64,000 bases of DNA from Macrostomum hystrix (lineage: Eukaryota > Animalia > Platyhelminthes), in NCBI GenBank assembly GCA_950097015.1, contig CATNEN010000002.1:868001-932000 (forward strand), written 5' to 3'. This document shows, piece after piece, positions 57,811-64,000 of this stretch (position 1 is its first letter; each line of letters opens with the position of its first letter). The notes beneath the pieces were generated by a model. The model was given only the letters and a program-made list of their open reading frames with translations. It had not been told where the DNA came from and did no database searches. A program made the position numbers and the translations under genes.

Positions 57811-60800
57811 TTATAGCCGACCAGACCTAGTGAGCGCCCGCCTGAATCCTGTGTGGTTAGGAAAGTCCTTGGCATGCATTGGGATGCAACCGCGCTCCTG
57901 AAGATCATGCAGCAAGTGGGACCAGTTTGGATCGCGGCACAGAAGCTTTTTGTTGCCTGTTAATCAGGAAAAAGTGAGGGGGGCAAAAATTAAACCTTGA
58001 GAATGGCACGTTCATTGGACTAATAAATGAACATCAAGTTGGCTTCGTAAACTGTTGACATCAACTACATGAAATTCGAGTACATGTACAGCTTTCTTTC
58101 GATACCCAACAACTAACCAACGATAATTAGGCCCCGCTGAGCCCTCGTCAGCGCCACGTTGGTCTGGTTCTCATCGGTGATGAAGCCGAGGAACTTCCGC
58201 TCCCAGCCGGGCAGTGGGTTCTCCTCAATGTCGTAGCTCGGCATGGAGCGGACCAGGCTGAGCAGCACATATGCGAACTCGCTGCCCTGACAGGCGATCA
58301 CCGTGCTCACCGTGGGCATCGGCAGGCTCTCAGACTGCAGGCGTTGTTTGATCGCAGCGACCTGGAACCGGTACTGCGACATCAGCGCCACGCATCGGCG
58401 AGGATCATTTCTGTCAGGGCCACTCAGTCGGTGCAAAATCTCCCTGTAGACCTGAACCTGAATTCAGAAACAGAAAACCCAAATTGATTGAAGTAGTGGA
58501 AATAAGTAGGCGAAAAATTTCGACCGCAGCACGTAAAAACAAATCGGCACAATGAATCATTAGCAAATAACTATACTCATAAAAGGCACTCACGACTGTG
58601 TCGATTTCTTGTTCGTTCTTGTACGAGTCCTCTCGACCATCCTCAGTGGCAACGAACGTTCGCTCCTCTCGACCTTCGATGTGCAGGAAGACGATTCTCT
58701 CCTCCTCACCCATTGGATGAAACTCGCTCACCGGCACATCTGGCAGCGTGTCGAACGGCCTGTCTCGTCTCACACCTGGCCAGCATCCGTGCAACACGTT
58801 CGCGTTGCGCTCCGTCAGTAGACCATGACGTCTCACTCCGCTGGCATCCTTGCTGTCAAAGAGCTCAGCCTTATTCAGCTTGTGCCAGTTCAGTCCATTC
58901 CACTGGGAACTGCAGCCTGCCTGCATCTTGGTCTCAGTATCGAGCACTCCGGTCCAAGACTTGGACGGCTGAGTGCGCAGTCCGCCAGAGTCTCTGACAG
59001 TGTAGAAGCGCTTGGACGGAAAGTCGGCCAGACTCGGGTGCTGAGAAGTAAGCGAGTTTCGCAATCATTATCCATCCCCTTAAAATATGTACCGTTTCAG
59101 AGCAGATAAGCAAATTAAATACTCACCATCCGGTACTGCTGGTTGAGCATGACCGAATCGAGACAGTGCATCTCGAGAAACGTCTTGCTCAGTCCCAGCT
59201 CTGCAGCCGTCTTGTTTTGAATGATCGGAGCCAGCTGCTTGTGGTCACCGATCAATACGACGCGTTCTGCAAACTCGGATGCGGCTTTTCCAGTTCGGCG
59301 TGTTGCGACACCCAGACAAGACGGCAGATTTTCAGATTCAACATTCAATCGACCAACGATGGGAACAAGCAGCTCCGGCTGAGTGCACATTCCCGCCTCG
59401 TCGATGATGATCTGAACGAAGCGACAAGCGCGCTGGATAACGGAGCTGCAGCTGACAGACGTGGTGCACAGAACGACATCAAAGTTCTGCAGCACCCTCA
59501 TCTTGGCTTTCAGCACTTTATCTTTGTAGAGCTTGACACAGCCCTGAACGAGCGAATCACCACCGGCCTCTTCTTCAACGAGTGCCAGAACTCCACGCTT
59601 GTTTGATCGGAGCCGTTTGCCGCGAATGAAGCGTTCGAAGCGCGAGTTAGAATCCGCAGCTATTTTAAGGGCTTGTTCCATAGTTACTGCAGGCTCATTT
59701 TGGCTGCCGATGAACTTGCGAAATGCCGTGTCGAATCCGCAGATTATGTAGCTTTCGTCGCTGTTCTCACTCCGAATGAGCTCATGCAGTGCATACCTTC
59801 TCATCGCTGGGACTACTTCGTCAGCAGTGGCAAGCTCTCCGGGAATCGGATAGTGAACTCGCTCCACCTGCTCGCTGTAGACGCGAACCATTGACGGACA
59901 CTGGTTCAGCAGAAGGTCTCGAGAGGCTTCGACAATTACGTCGACTGAGCGGTTCGATGGACCGCAGCACAGGATCTGGCGTCGGCTCTGTTTTTTCCAA
60001 ACAGGCTGCATCGGCCTTCTCCTTTTGTCAGCCAGCAACGTCGGCTTTGAACAAGAGGCAGTGATCCGCCGACCACGTTGGTGCGAAACTGTTTGAAAAC
60101 CATCACAATGACTCAGCTGATCCACATGGTCTTCGTGCTGACTGTCTTGATCGGCACTCTTCTTCTCACCATCTTCATCGGCGCTGCTGGCTGCTTGTTC
60201 GTGTTCCATAACTCTGTCTTGTCGATTTAGATTTATAAAAACAAACCAGTAGATCAGCATTACTCCTGTTGTCGTCTTTCCCGTTCCTAATTAAGGTGAT
60301 CGTTAGTTTTATTACTTTTTTTCTTGGTTCACAAATTATAGCACTGTAATGGTTTTACCTGGAGGTCCCCATATGAGAGAAACCTGTCTTTCGATCGCCG
60401 CACGAATCGCTTCCATTTGTCTGTCGTTGCAAGGAATCGTTCGTTCAAAATGATTCTTGCCAGTGACGCGTATTTTAAAGGAAAGCGTGGAACTGTGACG
60501 CAGCGCTTGGTGATACAGCGTAGTGTCGACTGCAAAATAGAACATTGTGTTAGCTATTCGTTATATAAACCGAGTGAACTTTATGACTTTCCATTTAAGC
60601 ACATTTGACTTTTAAAAGAGGGATTGTAGCCTAGTGGATGGGTGGTAGCCTAGTGGATGGGTTGTAGCCTAGTGAATGGGTTGTAGCCAAGTGGATGGGT
60701 GGTAGCCTAGTGAACGGGTTGTAGCCTAGTGAACGGGTTGTAGCCTAGTGGATGGGTTGTAGCCTAGTGGATGGGTTGTAGCCTAGTGGATGGGTTGTAG

Positions 60801-63800
60801 CCTAGTGAATGGGTTGTAGCCAAGTGGATGGGGGTTGTAGTTTACTGGATGGGTTGTAGCCTAGTGGATGGGGGCTTCGACCTTCTTGCTATGGTTCGGA
60901 CTTACGGCTTGAAGGTCTGGGGTTCGATTTATCACTACACCGGAACATTTGTGTTTTTTAGTTAGATAATTACGAGCTAACTCTGCGTTGGCAGTTCACC
61001 CCGATTTTGAATCTTTATCAGCATTTGCTAGGGTCATTGATGATGGGTATTTAAGCCTCCCAGTCCATGGACTAAGAAGTCATACGTGACCTTCAGATGC
61101 GCTATGTTATAGCTAGGAATGCGCCGTCGACTGCATATCTGGCCCAGAGGGAGCGTTGTTATTGATTATTATTGCGAGCATGTTCTGCTCACCACCAATG
61201 AAGCACTCAGGTCGATCCCAGCGGACCAATCTGCCAGGAATGCCGTGTTCGCTTTGACTGCGCACTGACTGCAGAACGAGTTCATGCCTTCTCATTGGAA
61301 GAAACTTCATCACTAGTTCCACCGTCGCGCAACTCAAAGACTCTTGCGATGGGCTCTTCACAGGACTCACCTCGTTTAGGTGGAAAACAACGAAATTGCA
61401 GAAGTGCACAGAACTATGGCTGCATCTGTCCGAACGGCAGTGCAAACCTTCGAACACCAGTAGAACACCTCCGTGACCAACCCATGTGAATTCATCTCCA
61501 GATTCATCTTTGATCTTCGTCCGAAGGCAAATGTACTCCGCGTAACGCCTGCTGTTTGCAGCGGCTTTGAATACAGCGTTTGTCACATCCGAGACGCCTT
61601 GCTTTTTTCCTCTTTTTGTTTTATTGCTGGCATCTTCGAGCTTCTTCTTCCAAGACTTCGAGCTTTCTGTCAGCACTGCGTCAGTGAAGCAAATTTTCCG
61701 GCTTTGACAAAACTGCTCCGTCAAGTTGAACATTCCCAGCCAACGCAGGTTCGAATCATCCCATTTCCACAATAGTGGGACATCGCAGAGAACAAATGTC
61801 TCATTATTCTTAATAGAGACGGAAGCTGACTCCATGGCAACGATTTCTTGCCAAATGTCAGCGTACTCATTAACATCTTCGTAGACTCTCTGGCTCCTTC
61901 GACGGGCTACATGCTCAAAATGATCCGCTGGTCGACGCTGATGGGTCAGGCAAATTGAGAAAGTTTCGCAGATTTCGACTAACTGAAGCGCCGGTACCAT
62001 AGTCCCATGTTCATTCTCCGCACCGATTTGCGCCCTGATTTCGTCACCTAGATGAAAATCTCGGAAGAACCAAGCCGTACACCTACCGTCTTGCAAAGAA
62101 GCAAATATTTTTGACACTCCGCGCCTCTCGGTAATGTCCGCCTCCATTAAGTTGTGTTCAGAGAGCGAGCACTGCTCGTAGTTCCCATTGTGAGGCAGAA
62201 GATCTCTCTTCGCCTTCATCAGCTCATCCGGCCGAAAGAAAGTATCAAAACACAGGTTCGATACCCTAATGGGTCTAAAGCATCCCTTTTCTTGCTTTTT
62301 TGGCTCCGACTCAATCTCAGCAGTTGAGTGCTGCAGAATCCGTGCCTTCCAGCTGCATATGGCCATCAGGAATTCCTTGTGAACTTCAGGCTTTCCGAGT
62401 ATATTCATAGCACGAAACTTAATGTGCTTAGCAACCTTGGGCGAATGCTCAAGGAAATCGTGTTCGAAATAAATTCCTTCATCGTCCAAGGTCGAGATCT
62501 GAACAAGAACTCTCTTTGGTCTCGCTGCTAGCTCCAGGCCGTAATCAGCACACGTGCAACTATCGTCAAGCTTTCGGCTCTTTTTCATCATAAAAGACAA
62601 ATGTTCACAGACTCCTGTTATGTTAAAAACAGAATGGCTTGCTAACTTAGATTCTTCAAAGCCCTTTAAAGCCGAGCGAAGAGCTCGATGAACCATTAGG
62701 TCGGCATAGCGTCTCATCGGACTCGTGAAGTGGACGTAGTCCTCCTTCTCCAGGCTGAAGTGGCGCCTTTGCTCCGACGTGCACTCGCTGTACTTTGCCG
62801 GCTGGCTCAGCCCGTGCCAGTCGCTGATGGCCAGCCGTAAGTGTGGAAACCGTCTCTCGTCGTACAACAGCGATAGAGCGCCTTGCATATCGCCTCGCTG
62901 ACAAAACGCTTTCAAGCTTTCTGCATCATCTTGATGCATTTGAAACGGCATATTCGAGTTCGGAACATCCTTCTCGACTAGATGCAATGCGCGACTCAAC
63001 TCGGCCGAGTGCTGCGCCTTGGATCCGTGTTTCTGCATCCATCGAGTCACGTCGATCTCACGCGGTCGCTGCTGCACTCGAATCGGATAGGCGGGAACCG
63101 AGTCCGCCCGCTGTCGCAGGAACTCTCCGACTGCTGAATTCGCCGCCACCATCAGCTCCTCGACAAGAGCGCTCGTCTCGGGGAACTGCTCGTCTCGCTG
63201 GCGCACAAACGCAGCCTGACCGAGACGCTTCACTCGCCACGCACGCGTCACTGACCACAGCCGAAGCAGCATGTTTGAGACGCGAGGCTCCACGGAGTCG
63301 GTGTTGCCAAGAATCACGCGTTGCACGTCCTCCTTGTTGAGTCTTTTGTCTGAGCGAATCAGTGTCAGGCACGGCCTCCAGTTCTCCACTACTCCATCGG
63401 CATTCATGTTGAACACCACTGACAAGCATCGCCTGTCCTGTCCTTCCACCAGACTGAGTGAGTTCTCAGCCAGTTGACGGGGCAGCATGTGGTTGGTAGG
63501 GACTCCTCTTTGTCTGGCTTCTTTGCTCGGATAGAATGTGGTCCCACGACGTCTGGCCTCTTGATCGATCGGAGTGTTTTCGCCAATGAACTCCGCCACA
63601 TCTGTGATGTGAACGCCGACAGTGAGTCTTCCATTCGCGTCCTCGTGCAAGCTGATGGCATCGTCCATATCCTTTGTCTCCGGGTTGTCGATCGTCACTG
63701 TCAGATGCTTTCGATAGTCTTTGCGATCCTTGGTTCTGATATTATTATTTACCAATTCAGAAATATGTTTTACTTCCCTCTTGGTATCTGCTTCATCTTG

Positions 63801-64000
63801 TGGAAATGGTATTCCGTGAATTAGGTGGAGTAGTTCGATTCCGTTTAAAAAGGAGTGGAGTTTCGAAACTACATGAATCACTTTGCCTCGTGGATAGTAC
63901 TTTTGCACAGGCCAATCCATGAAGCAAACAATAAAAAGGTATTGGCAGTTGTGTTTGGTAACTTTAAGTATCGACTTGCCTCTGAATTGGAACTGTCTTG
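57811..64000 (-). CDS. HELZ2: HELZ2-like protein: RNB (RNase II) domain plus UPF1-like SF1 helicase; 5' end beyond the window; exons >=64000-61193, 60529-60359, 60286-59127, 59040-58594, 58457-58118, 57956-57811
   Basis: RNB motifs: TIDNPETKDMDDAISL, VHITDV, RGTTFY, HFSL...YVHFTSPMRRYADLMVHR. Helicase motifs: GPPG|TGKT (split by an intron), CGPSNRSVD, IIDEAG, LIGDHKQLAP, LNQQYRM, CQGSE, NVALTRAQRGLIIVGN. The frame stays open to position 64000; at least 1689 aa are visible. Confidence 0.85.
60620..60931 (+). repeat. 13 x 19-bp tandem array of a tRNA 5' end/A-box (GGGTTGTAGCCTAGTGGAT), followed by one decayed tRNA-Arg(TCT)-like body
   Basis: The unit contains the exact A-box TAGCCTAGTGG. The last unit continues into GGGGC (D-stem), TCGAC-CTTCT, an intron-like spacer, AGGTC, TGGGG-TTCGATT and CTACACC. 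Confidence 0.7.

Noticed and set aside
60336-60375. Apparently broken Walker A (GPPGKT) in the ORF track
   Set aside because: A phase-1 intron at 60358-60287 restores GPPGTGKT.

Overview
Intron-rich animal genomic DNA with no prokaryotic features. The gene style (poly-Ala/poly-Gln exons, WLGVTDL-type lectins, minisatellite-filled introns) suggests a Macrostomum-type flatworm; that assignment is inference. Spliced models were built by hand from GT-AG sites and reading phase, and family names come from motif recognition, not database searches. Layout: (1) 1-5.4 kb, a nest of DNA transposons: a two-gene PIF/Harbinger element carrying a long-TIR MULE-like element with a Ulp1/C48 protease-PHD fragment, plus an 882-bp Helitron-ended insert flanked by a 22-bp duplication. 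(2) 6-9 kb, a C-type lectin pseudogene and an intact lectin + PAN-like gene. (3) 10.1-13.9 kb, CDC50/TMEM30 (4 exons, minus), with an upstream templated copy of part of exon 2. (4) 16-35 kb, a field of about 14 minisatellites whose C/G strand skew flips once, at about 23 kb, between two divergent genes. (5) 35.5-39.3 kb, an RGK-family GTPase. (6) A Tc1 deletion derivative and an unrecognised ORF, probably ending in a CaaX box, head-to-head with (7) a 19-exon SPAG17/PF6 gene (about 2229 aa) that has a perfect RFX X-box in intron 3. (8) A HELZ2-like RNB exoribonuclease-SF1 helicase running off the right end. The most unusual signals are minisatellites that appear to be amplified splice signals or a tRNA A-box, the single skew switch, the Ulp1-PHD MULE cargo and the CaaX orphan beside SPAG17.
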